DNA of 28,909 bases from Candidatus Woesearchaeota archaeon. Its GTDB lineage: Archaea; Nanobdellota; Nanobdellia; Woesearchaeales; DSVV01. Numbering within the stretch: the first letter of the stretch is position 1; the number at the start of each line of letters is the position of its first letter. A program made the translations under genes and the position numbers. The notes below the pieces were generated by a model that did no database searches, was not told the origin of the DNA, and was given only the letters and a program-made list of their open reading frames with translations. Location: positions 1-28,909 of the forward strand of contig JACRKI010000006.1 in assembly GCA_016215305.1 (NCBI GenBank), given 5' to 3'. Below are positions 1 through 8,004 of the stretch, one piece after another.

Positions 1-246
1 AAGCGAGACAGCGGTTGGTGTTGGAGAACGATACGCATACGGGTATGCGCTAATAAGCTCCACCTCTAACAAACCATCCCATACTTTTTTTTGAGATATT
101 GAAATATATAAACCTTTCTGAAATAAAATTCTTGCATTCGGATTTCATCCTCATGGAGAATTTTATTAAAACATTGGCAAATTACTCCTCAGAGAGTTCA
201 TTCTTTTTGGAATATTTTTTGTTGAAATTATTCCTCTTCCATAACC

Positions 247-254
247 TTTATATA
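247..254 (+). promoter_or_regulatory. Archaeal TATA box (TTTATATA), leaderless promoter
   Basis: Starts 30 nt upstream of ATG 277; the same 30-31 nt spacing recurs at 2474, 8511, 11317, 16062, 17673, 19247 and 21269. Confidence 0.65.
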
Positions 255-276
255 CTGCTTCTTTTTCCATTGCCTC

Positions 277-825
277 ATGTTCAACGAACTGCAGGAAATC
301 AAACATCTTCGCAAAAAGCTGGGGTTAACGCAGGGAGAGCTCGCGAAATACGCAGGCGTGAGCCAGTCTCTTATCGCAAAAGTGGAAAGCGATTCCATTG
401 ATCCCACATTCACCAACGCGCAGAAAATATTCACTTCATTGCAGCAGTTGTCTGAAAAAGAAGAACAGAAAGCTGTTTCTGTCATGAACAAGAATCTTAT
501 TTATCTTGAACCAACTGATTCTCTTCGCGTCGCGATCCAGAAAATGAAAAAATACAGCATTTCTCAGCTTCCTGTTCTTGAACAGAAAAAAGCAGTAGGG
601 GTAATCTCTGAAACCGCGATTCTTGACGCGCTTATGAACAACAAATCCGCTGATACACCGCTTTTGGAGGTGATGAGTGAAGCGCCGCCGATCATTGACA
701 CCAACGCTTCTATCCATGTTGTTTCTCACTTGCTGAAATTCTATCCCATGATTCTTGTCGCGGAAAAAGGAAAATTACTTGGGCTTATTACAAAAGCAGA
801 TTTATTGCAGGTTGCGTATAAGTAA
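277..825 (+). CDS. XRE-type HTH plus tandem CBS domain transcriptional regulator (COG3620-like)
   Basis: N-terminal LRKKLGLTQGELAKYAGVSQSLIAKVE HTH, then two CBS repeats (ISQLPV..VGVISE; ILV..LLGLITKADL). Confidence 0.9.
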   Translation: MFNELQEIKHLRKKLGLTQGELAKYAGVSQSLIAKVESDSIDPTFTNAQKIFTSLQQLSEKEEQKAVSVMNKNLIYLEPTDSLRVAIQKMKKYSISQLPVLEQKKAVGVISETAILDALMNNKSADTPLLEVMSEAPPIIDTNASIHVVSHLLKFYPMILVAEKGKLLGLITKADLLQVAYK

Positions 826-860
826 TGGTTGTTTCAAATTGTTGTTTTTGCGTTAACGTT

Positions 861-1096
861 GAACCAGCCGCTGGCGCACGACGTGACAGGGGTTGTCCCC
901 AACCTTTAACAAAGGTTGACGAAAGGTGATGCGACAATTCTGTCGCATTTCCGTGACACTCTTGCAAAGAAAAGAGTCACGGAGTGGAGCTTCACGCTCC
1001 ACCTTGCGCGTCAACGGAGCGTAACCCGTTGCGGGATGTCATGCAGGGCAAAATTCCGCAGAATTTTGACCGTCGTGCCGCCGGCTGCGGCGGGTC
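861..1096. ncRNA. Candidate highly structured non-coding RNA, family unrecognised
   Basis: 135/236 GC (57%) in AT-rich surroundings; ends pair (GCACGACG 876-883 with CGTCGTGC 1071-1078) and enclose at least 7 hairpins; strand undetermined. Confidence 0.6.
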
Positions 1097-1166
1097 ATAA
1101 GATGTTATTATATTTCCAAATTAAGTAATCCACAACATTCAAAAATAACCTAAACATTTCTTTTCC

Positions 1167-2243
1167 ATGATTAAATTAAATGGCACCTTTCTCGAAGGCG
1201 GCGGACAAATGCTTCGCACTGCCCTTGCCCTTTCTGTCTTGACACAAAAGCCATTCACCATTGACAACATCCGCGCCAACAGAGCAGAACCTGGATTAAA
1301 ACAACAACATCTTGTTGGTGTTCGCGCAATCCGCGATTTATGCGACGGTGTTGTCGAAGGAGCGCAGATTGGTTCTTCACAGATTACTTTTTATCCACGC
1401 AAAATCGCGAAAGGTGTTGAAACAGCCATTGACATTGAAACTGCGGGAAGCATCACGCTTCTTTTGCAAACTCTGTTGCTTCCTTGTCTTTTTTCTGGCA
1501 AACGATTTCAATTGACACTAAAAGGCGGCACTGATGTTTCCTGGAGTCCGCAATATGATTATTTCGCGAACATTGATTTTCCTCAGTTTCTTCGGTATGG
1601 CGCAGGAACTATTTCTTTGAAAAAAAGAGGATATTATCCCAAAGGGCAAGGAGAAGTTCTTCTTGATGTCAAAAAGAAGATTTTATTTGATGATATTGCT
1701 TTTGGAGTCGCATCTGTTCGTCCTCTTTCTCTTCTCGAGCAAGGAACGCTTGTCAAAATTGCAGGCGTGAGTCACGCATCCACTGATCTTGCGGACAGCA
1801 GAGTTGCAGAACGGCAAGCGCAGGCAGCAACCGCGCATCTTATCAAATGGAAAGTGCCTGTCGAGATTGTCAGTAGTTATGGAACCACTGCATCAACGGG
1901 TTCAGGAATTACTCTTTGGGCAATATTTACTGGACAATCTCATGACGCTGATTCCATCAATCCTATTCGTCTTGGCGCAGATATTTTGGGAGAAAAAAAT
2001 AAGCGTGCAGAAATTGTTGGTGAAGAATGCGCATTGCAATTGAATGCTACTCTTTCTTCTGCTGCTCCTGTTGATAAACATCTTGCAGATCAGTTGATTC
2101 CTTTATTGGGAATTGTCGGTGGAGAAATTGCTGTACAGGAAATCACGAATCATACGCTGACGAATGTTTATGTTGTTGAGAAATTTCTGGATGTGAGGTT
2201 TGATGTGGATGAGAAATTGCGGATGATTAAAATGAGAAAATAA
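1167..2243 (+). CDS. rtcA: RNA 3'-terminal phosphate cyclase
   Basis: LEGGGQMLRTALALS, LKGGTDV, RGYYPKGQGEV and VDKHLADQLIP (catalytic His) motifs. Confidence 0.95.
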   Translation: MIKLNGTFLEGGGQMLRTALALSVLTQKPFTIDNIRANRAEPGLKQQHLVGVRAIRDLCDGVVEGAQIGSSQITFYPRKIAKGVETAIDIETAGSITLLLQTLLLPCLFSGKRFQLTLKGGTDVSWSPQYDYFANIDFPQFLRYGAGTISLKKRGYYPKGQGEVLLDVKKKILFDDIAFGVASVRPLSLLEQGTLVKIAGVSHASTDLADSRVAERQAQAATAHLIKWKVPVEIVSSYGTTASTGSGITLWAIFTGQSHDADSINPIRLGADILGEKNKRAEIVGEECALQLNATLSSAAPVDKHLADQLIPLLGIVGGEIAVQEITNHTLTNVYVVEKFLDVRFDVDEKLRMIKMRK

Positions 2244-2296
2244 TTGTTGATAATCATCTCTTTTACACGAACCAGTAAAAGCCTTACCTCAGGGGA

Positions 2297-2336
2297 CCCA
2301 ATTTTTCTATTTCAATTGTTCTCGAGAAAAATTGGG
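2297..2336. repeat. Perfect 12-bp inverted repeat downstream of rtcA
   Basis: CCCAATTTTTCT (2297-2308) / AGAAAAATTGGG (2325-2336), 16-nt loop. Confidence 0.6.
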
Positions 2337-2503
2337 ATATGTATTATTTTTATAATTTTAAATAATAAATATTGGACAGCGTGTTTTCTTTTGCTAGGCG
2401 ATTTAAAACAGCGAGTTCGTGTATTCTGTGAAACTTGATGATTCAGAGCGTTGCTCGCGCGTGTTCCAAAAACTTTAAATACTATGGCGAATTATAGTCT
2501 TCT

Positions 2504-2722
2504 ATGGCAACAACAATACAAGTCAGTGAAGAATTAGTCGAAGTCCTAAAAAAGAGAAAACTTGTGGAGAAAGAGAGTTATGAAGAGGTCATTTGGGATC
2601 TTTTAGAGGACACAGAAGCGCTTTCTGAAGAGACACTAAAAGAAATCGCAATTGCAAGACAAGAAATAAAAGAAGGGAAAACAAAAACACTTGAACAGAT
2701 TAAAAAGGAGTTGCGGTTGTAA
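2504..2722 (+). CDS. Putative antitoxin (RelB-like partner)
   Basis: 72 aa, MATTIQVS..ESYEEVIWDLLE and C-terminal KTKTLEQIKKEL typical of archaeal RelE partners; stop overlaps relE start. Confidence 0.8.
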   Translation: MATTIQVSEELVEVLKKRKLVEKESYEEVIWDLLEDTEALSEETLKEIAIARQEIKEGKTKTLEQIKKELRL

Positions 2723-2970
2723 TGTATGCTGTTGAATTTACAGAAACAGCTGAAAAGCAATTCAAGAAACTTCCAAATATGCTTCAAGAGAGAATCATTA
2801 AATCATTAGAAAGAATCAGGATTCGCCCAGAAGCATACATTGAAAAACTAGTTGGAATTCCTGGCTACAAATTTCGTGTTGGTGATTATCGCATTATTCT
2901 TGACATAGAAAATGATCGCTTGCTCATTCTTGTTATTAAAATAGGGCATAGAAAGAATGTCTATGGATAA
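2722..2970 (+). CDS. relE: RelE/ParE-family mRNA interferase toxin
   Basis: MYAVEFTETAEKQFKKL..YKFRVGDYRIILDI..VIKIGHRKNVY. Confidence 0.92.
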   Translation: MYAVEFTETAEKQFKKLPNMLQERIIKSLERIRIRPEAYIEKLVGIPGYKFRVGDYRIILDIENDRLLILVIKIGHRKNVYG

Positions 2971-2985
2971 ACCAAAAACTTTATA

Positions 2986-3063
2986 CATTTCGAAATACCA
3001 CCGGAGTGTACCTCCGGTGGACAAAGTCCACAATTGAAATTCGATAGGCGGTATTTCGTAATG
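2986..3063 (+). repeat. 78-bp palindromic element A, copy 1
   Basis: Terminal IR CATTTCGAAATACC/GGTATTTCGTAATG, inner hairpin CCACCGGAG/CTCCGGTGG; 59/78 identical to reverse complement of 7829-7906. Confidence 0.85.
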
Positions 3064-3141
3064 TGTCAAGAACCACAGGTCTCTCGAACTAGCAGACCGC
3101 TTCGCTTCATGCCACCGGTCTTTGACCGGTGGTTCTTGACA
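3064..3141 (-). mobile_element. Miniature IS200/IS605-end-like (PATE/MITE-like) palindromic element B
   Basis: 18-bp terminal IR with 1 mismatch (TGTCAAGAACCAC[A/C]GGTC); minus strand reads GTCAAGAACCACCGGTC-AAA-GACCGGTGG, resembling GTCAAnnACC-hairpin ends of IS200/IS605/ISC elements; no ORF. Confidence 0.55.
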
Positions 3142-3190
3142 TTTGAATTATCTTTAGTATAATTATACAAAATATAATTTGGTGAAAACA

Positions 3191-3415
3191 ATGGAATGCG
3201 TCGCAACAACAAGAAAATGGGGTAATTCATTAGGCATTACGCTGCCAAAAGAATTGGTCGAATAAGCACACATCAAAGAAAATGAAGAAATAAAACTTCT
3301 TATTGTCAAAAAAGACCAGAAAGCTGAACGCCTGTTTGGTATGTTCAAAGGGAAAATTGGCGCTTCTGGTCAGGAAATTAAAGATATGATTCGAAAGGAG
3401 CTTCATCATGGTTGA
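3191..3415 (+). pseudogene. AbrB/MazE-type antitoxin with internal in-frame stop
   Basis: GGTGA SD then MECVATTRKWGNSLGITLPKELVE*(TAA 3263-3265)AHIKENEEIKLLIV..ERLFGMFKGK..KELHHG*; not in the ORF track. Confidence 0.8.
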
Positions 3416-3461
3416 TTCATATTACTCCTTTTACACTATTGATTATGATGAAACCAAATAG
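3408..3461 (+). pseudogene. Possible truncated remnant of a VapC toxin start
   Basis: ATG overlaps the antitoxin stop (ATGGTTGA); MVDSYYSFYTIDYDETK* resembles a PIN N-terminal DxY motif but is only 17 aa. Confidence 0.3.
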
Positions 3462-5249
3462 TTACTCCAGCAAATCCAGCTTCAACATATTCTTTAATCC
3501 GACAATCTCATAATAAATCTCTTTTTTTCGCGGATTGCTGTCTGCAATTTGCGTATATCTCTGCATTAATCGATTAATATTTTTATTCGCTTCTTCATAC
3601 TCTTTATTCATAATCAACTGCTTTGTCGCAGTCATCAAATTCGTAATATCTCCTGAATCCACTGCTTTTGCCTCTGGCATTGATCGTACAGGCTGGAATG
3701 TTGGTTGGATGGGAACAGCTCTGATCTCCTGCGGCGCATACGCCTGCTGATTTGAAAACTTTTCTTCATATTCTTTGTATGCCAAACGAAGTCGCTCCTT
3801 GACTCTTGCATAGGTTTCTTCGACATCTTTCAACCGCTCCGCGGTCTTCTTCAATCTTTCAATGCGCGCAAACTCTGTCTCGACAAGCTTTTCTTTTCTC
3901 TTCATTCTCTCTTCACGATCATCCAAAAGTTGTGACTTTTCTTTCAGTTCTTTCTCTGCATTTCCAATCTCTTTGACAATATTTGTAAACTCTCGTGTTT
4001 TTGCACTAATCACTGCCCTGTCTTTGTCTAATTTTGCAACTGTCTTCGCAACAGCATCCTCTTCTTTTTCCAATCTTTTCTGGTCCGTTTCTAGCTTTTT
4101 TATTTTCGCGACAATCGCATCTTCTTCTGTCCTGATGCGCGTTTCTGTTTCCTGCGCGTCCTGAAGTTTTTGCTTTGCAGACGCTTCTTTTATTGCAATA
4201 TCATCTTCTTTTCTCCAAAGCGCCTGCATTTTTGGTTCATATTGCATGACATCTCGCTGTTTTTCTTGCAGTTCTTGTTTCATAATTTGCATCTTGCGCA
4301 TCTTTTCATTGATTTTCTTTTCCTGTACTTCTTGTTTTTTTAGCCATACTTGCGCTTCCTGCTGTTTCTTTTTGAATGTTGCTGCTGTTTTTTTTGCCTG
4401 CTGTTCCCATTGTTTCAATGCAGTCATGTGTTTCTTGAACTCAGCAGGTGATTTGAACTCTGATGCCTTGAGCATTGGCTTTTCCGGCATTTCTAACTCT
4501 TCAGAAAAGGATATTCGTGCTGTTTTTTGAATTGGTTGTATTGGTTCCATATATTCAAAGCCGCCTGTTTCAAAGCGATGTGTTTTTTCATATGCAGTCT
4601 GAAGATCGCGCGCGCCAACAGCAGTTTTTTCTTTTTCAAACTGCGCTTCCCTTTGAAATTCTTTTTGCGTTTCTAATTCTTTCTTTGCACCAAATTTGAT
4701 TTCTGCAAGGAAATCATGAATTGGTCTTTCTGTTTTCTGCTGTTTTTTTGCTTTTCCAGCCGGTAAAATTCTTGGAAGCGGCTTGCTTATTGGAGGTTCA
4801 ATATCCAACGTAAACTGAGGCAGCTCTTTTCCTATTTTTTGCGGCGGCAGATCAAGTTTGTCCAACTCATTCATCGCTCCCTGTTCCTCTTTGCTAAATG
4901 AAGTCAAGTCAACAGGTTCTCCATCAATCAGCTCCTTGTGCTCTTCTGCCTTTAATGGAGGAAGATCCAAATCCGCAAGCGAAGAAAATTCTTTTTGTTC
5001 TGCTTCCTGCTTTTTCTTGCCAAACAATCCAAAAAATCTTTTTTTCTCAAGTGGTTCCATCTTTTCAATAGAATTGATCTTTATTGGCGGAATATCCAGA
5101 TGAGAAAGATCGTCCATGGTGCTTTTCTTTGGCTTATCAAAAGAGATTTCTGTCTGCAATTTGTCTGCTTTCTTTTTTCCCTTGCCATAGATTTCCAAAT
5201 AGGCATCGTGAAACTCTTTTGTTGGTTTTGGCGGTTCTAAATCCATCAT
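3462..5249 (-). CDS. Hypothetical long coiled-coil protein
   Basis: Open frame of about 600 aa; LDxPP repeats in N-terminal third, K/E/Q-rich heptad region, helical C-terminal domain; start set at ATG 5249 (TTTAAA upstream), track start TTG 5318 also possible. Confidence 0.8.
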   Translation of the reverse strand: MMDLEPPKPTKEFHDAYLEIYGKGKKKADKLQTEISFDKPKKSTMDDLSHLDIPPIKINSIEKMEPLEKKRFFGLFGKKKQEAEQKEFSSLADLDLPPLKAEEHKELIDGEPVDLTSFSKEEQGAMNELDKLDLPPQKIGKELPQFTLDIEPPISKPLPRILPAGKAKKQQKTERPIHDFLAEIKFGAKKELETQKEFQREAQFEKEKTAVGARDLQTAYEKTHRFETGGFEYMEPIQPIQKTARISFSEELEMPEKPMLKASEFKSPAEFKKHMTALKQWEQQAKKTAATFKKKQQEAQVWLKKQEVQEKKINEKMRKMQIMKQELQEKQRDVMQYEPKMQALWRKEDDIAIKEASAKQKLQDAQETETRIRTEEDAIVAKIKKLETDQKRLEKEEDAVAKTVAKLDKDRAVISAKTREFTNIVKEIGNAEKELKEKSQLLDDREERMKRKEKLVETEFARIERLKKTAERLKDVEETYARVKERLRLAYKEYEEKFSNQQAYAPQEIRAVPIQPTFQPVRSMPEAKAVDSGDITNLMTATKQLIMNKEYEEANKNINRLMQRYTQIADSNPRKKEIYYEIVGLKNMLKLDLLE

Positions 5250-5413
5250 CTTTTTTGAGAAATTCCCCTTTAAATACTTTTGTTGTATTTCTGGAATAGT
5301 GACGAAAGAATGGTTCAATATTCAGTAGATCGGACTGAAGAAGCAATTTTTTGACCATTTTTCAAAATAATCGTCAAAATAAATAAAAAAAGAGAAGGAG
5401 AAGAAAAAATAAA

Positions 5414-7261
5414 TTAGAATCTAAACACGGTTGTTTGTTGTGGTGCCCTATACTCAGAAACAATGACAGGTGTTTCTATCATTCTTGGAAGCTGTATAAA
5501 CACTTCTGTTCCGAACGCTGGCGCAACAATACTCGTATATGTTCCATCTAATTTTGGAACTCCATCTCCAAATGTATATGCTTTCTGCTCTCTTTTTTTG
5601 TTCATCTCTCGCATCCATTCTGGAAGAGGCGCTCTCTCTGGTTCTGAATGTTGTATTTGATATCTTGCAACTTCCTGCATCCATGCAGGTCCTTTTTCTT
5701 CTACTTTATTGTCAATATCTTCATGAGAAGCGCCTGCTTGATGTACCTTCTTCGCAGTTTTTTGATGCGCTGCTTTTGCTCTATACGGTGTTTCTCCATT
5801 TGATTGTGCAGCTTCTGTTTCTCCATGATATGCTTCAACTACTTGCACTTGCGGCGCATATTTTCCAGAATGGGAATGGCTTTCTACAAAATCTTTCACA
5901 TTCGCACTAAATCCGCTCATCATCGCAGTAAGACCGCCAACTATTGCTCCTGCACTGACAACGGCACCGACAACTGCTGCTGCATATCCTACAGCTACCT
6001 GATACCATGGCGCAGGTTTATAGCTTGTTTCTTGTCTTGTTGCCTTTCCTTTTTCTTCAAGCGGTATTGCATAATACGCTGTACTGAGATGGTTCGTTGC
6101 GGTAAAGAAACGATTCTCTCTCCGTGTAAATGGCATTGCTGGAGAATAGGTCTCTGCAGGAGTTAGTTCTGTTGGACTCTCTACATATTCTTGCGCTGGT
6201 GTTCTTGCTGGTCTTGCCGCTGGAACCCATACTTTGTATTGTACTGGTTCTTCTCTTATTCGAGGAAGCAGTTCTCTGCCTTCTGCATCATAACTTATTT
6301 GATTTGTTGCAAGTGATCTGACTTTTCCTTTTGCATCTCTTTGCACAGGAACAAGTTGTTTTGGAGCATTTGCTTTTCCAGTCTCTCTCAATTCTTCCAC
6401 TAATTGTTCTATGTATGATTCTTCTTGACTTTCTGCAGAAATTTCTTCTTGCGGAGCATACAATACTGCAACGTGCGCTTGCATTTCATCGATATTATCG
6501 ATTGTATATCGCACTTTTGCTTTATACTGTTCAAACATTCCTACGGGTGTTTCTTTTTTCTGCACTGCAAGAAGAGTATACAACTCTCTTTTCACTTTGT
6601 TTCTTGTTCCATTTAGATTTTGATGGACAACTGCTTCTACTCTTTCAGAAAATTCATTTGCAAGTCTTACTTCATTATTTTCTCTTTCAATTTCATCATA
6701 CGCTTTCTTTGCCGCTTTTACGGCATATTTTTTTTGTAATGCTGTTCTGTTTGGGAATACACTCTTTACTGCTTCTTCCAATGGTTCTCCTATTGCAAGA
6801 CGTAATTTTACCTCATCATCTATTCCAAAATGTGATTTTACTTCTTTGTATATTCTTTGTTCTTCTTCTTTTCTCTGTGCGTGTACTCGGCTAACATATT
6901 GCTCTTCCAACGCATCAATATACATTGCTCTTTCTGAAGTGATTCTCCCTGTATACGCACGCATTTCTTCTGTTAATTTCGCTCTGAGCGCTTCTTTACG
7001 CGCTTTTGTGATTATCTTTGTTGGTTCTAAAAGCGCATATTGAGAAATCCAATCCTGATAGACTGATTCCATGTGATCTTTTATAGCATCCCATGTCACG
7101 CGTTCTTTTCGGTTTTTTGGAGCATCCGCTATTACTATTCTTTCTAAAGGAAACTGTTCCATTTCAATTCCTGCTACTGTGCCATCCATTGCCATTTTTG
7201 TTTCACTCTGTTTTTCCCCTCTTTTGAGGATTCTTAATCGTGCGTCGTATGTATTAACCAC
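5414..7261 (-). CDS. Hypothetical single-pass membrane protein
   Basis: 615 aa; helical charged N-half, Pro-rich linker, Gly/Ala-rich TM (VAVGYAAAVVGAVVSAGAIVGGL), short C-terminal beta-rich tail. Confidence 0.8.
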   Translation of the reverse strand: MVNTYDARLRILKRGEKQSETKMAMDGTVAGIEMEQFPLERIVIADAPKNRKERVTWDAIKDHMESVYQDWISQYALLEPTKIITKARKEALRAKLTEEMRAYTGRITSERAMYIDALEEQYVSRVHAQRKEEEQRIYKEVKSHFGIDDEVKLRLAIGEPLEEAVKSVFPNRTALQKKYAVKAAKKAYDEIERENNEVRLANEFSERVEAVVHQNLNGTRNKVKRELYTLLAVQKKETPVGMFEQYKAKVRYTIDNIDEMQAHVAVLYAPQEEISAESQEESYIEQLVEELRETGKANAPKQLVPVQRDAKGKVRSLATNQISYDAEGRELLPRIREEPVQYKVWVPAARPARTPAQEYVESPTELTPAETYSPAMPFTRRENRFFTATNHLSTAYYAIPLEEKGKATRQETSYKPAPWYQVAVGYAAAVVGAVVSAGAIVGGLTAMMSGFSANVKDFVESHSHSGKYAPQVQVVEAYHGETEAAQSNGETPYRAKAAHQKTAKKVHQAGASHEDIDNKVEEKGPAWMQEVARYQIQHSEPERAPLPEWMREMNKKREQKAYTFGDGVPKLDGTYTSIVAPAFGTEVFIQLPRMIETPVIVSEYRAPQQTTVFRF

Positions 7262-7310
7262 TAGTAAGTGGGTACTTATATATAAATGTTATGCAATATT
7301 TTGTCACTTT

Positions 7311-7628
7311 TTAGTGGTTATGATACCAGTCCACTGCTCTTGTTATATGTCCTGCAATTTCTCTTCCTTGTGTTTCCGCAAAGCTATCCCACTGCTCTGC
7401 CAGGAAATCATATCTTCTTGCCACTTTATCTCCTGCTTCTTTTGCCTGCGTTAGGATCCCTTTTCTTTGATAGGGTATGTCATCTCTTCCTTCTGGAATG
7501 TATGCATCTGCTATTCCCGATTCAGCATTTGCATTTCCAAACCATGCATCTTCCATTTCTCCAAACGACTGCACTATATCATCAATTATTCTTTCATCAA
7601 TTATTATTGGACTCGCGCCATCAGCCAT
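7311..7628 (-). CDS. Hypothetical acidic protein
   Basis: AAGGTGAG SD before ATG 7628; 105 aa; co-oriented with the 615-aa gene. Confidence 0.65.
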   Translation of the reverse strand: MADGASPIIIDERIIDDIVQSFGEMEDAWFGNANAESGIADAYIPEGRDDIPYQRKGILTQAKEAGDKVARRYDFLAEQWDSFAETQGREIAGHITRAVDWYHNH

Positions 7629-7828
7629 TTTGCTCACCTTTTTTATGCTCTATTTGAATTAATCTTAGAATAAGTAGCTGGAAACATTATTACTCATTTT
7701 CTGGAAACTGTGGAAACCAAGAGAATTTTATCGTCGAAATATTATCTTTTCTTAATCTTTTATCTTTGTCTTTTCAACAAAAACAAAAGTGTGCCTGAAC
7801 AGCACACAAGCAAACCCTGTGCCTCATA

Positions 7829-7906
7829 CATTGCGAAATTCCAGATTTCATTTTTTGATTGTGGACTTTGTCCACTGGTGAAACACACCAGTGGAATTTC
7901 GGAATG
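7829..7906 (-). repeat. 78-bp palindromic element A, copy 2
   Basis: Reverse complement CATTCCGAAATTCCACTGGTGTGTTTCACCAGTGGACAAAGTCCACAAT...GGAATTTCGCAATG aligns without gaps to 2986-3063. Confidence 0.85.
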
Positions 7907-8004
7907 CTTAAACTTCGTTTATTCATAAAATTTTCTTATCGAATTTCGCAATGTTTAAAAAGGAGTGCTTGTTTCGAAAGGATATTAACACTCATAGGTG
8001 ATTT

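Noticed and set aside
1-70. GC-richer edge sequence with hairpin GCATAC/GTATGC
   Set aside because: Too short to assign; could be part of a gene or RNA cut by the window edge
861-1096. Calling the structured region RNase P RNA or SRP RNA
   Set aside because: GACGAAAG after a hairpin and a minus-strand CCCC-TGTCAC echo CR-I and the Alu UGU motif, but the P4 3' strand (ACAnAA..GCUUA) and the SRP helix-8 motif are missing on both strands
3163-3348. Minus-strand 61-aa ORF
   Set aside because: Antisense shadow of the AbrB antitoxin pseudogene on the + strand
5137-5358. Frameshifted upstream start for the coiled-coil gene (MVKKLLLQ..)
   Set aside because: No slippery-site or homology evidence; an in-frame ATG at 5249 with an upstream TTTAAA explains the gene
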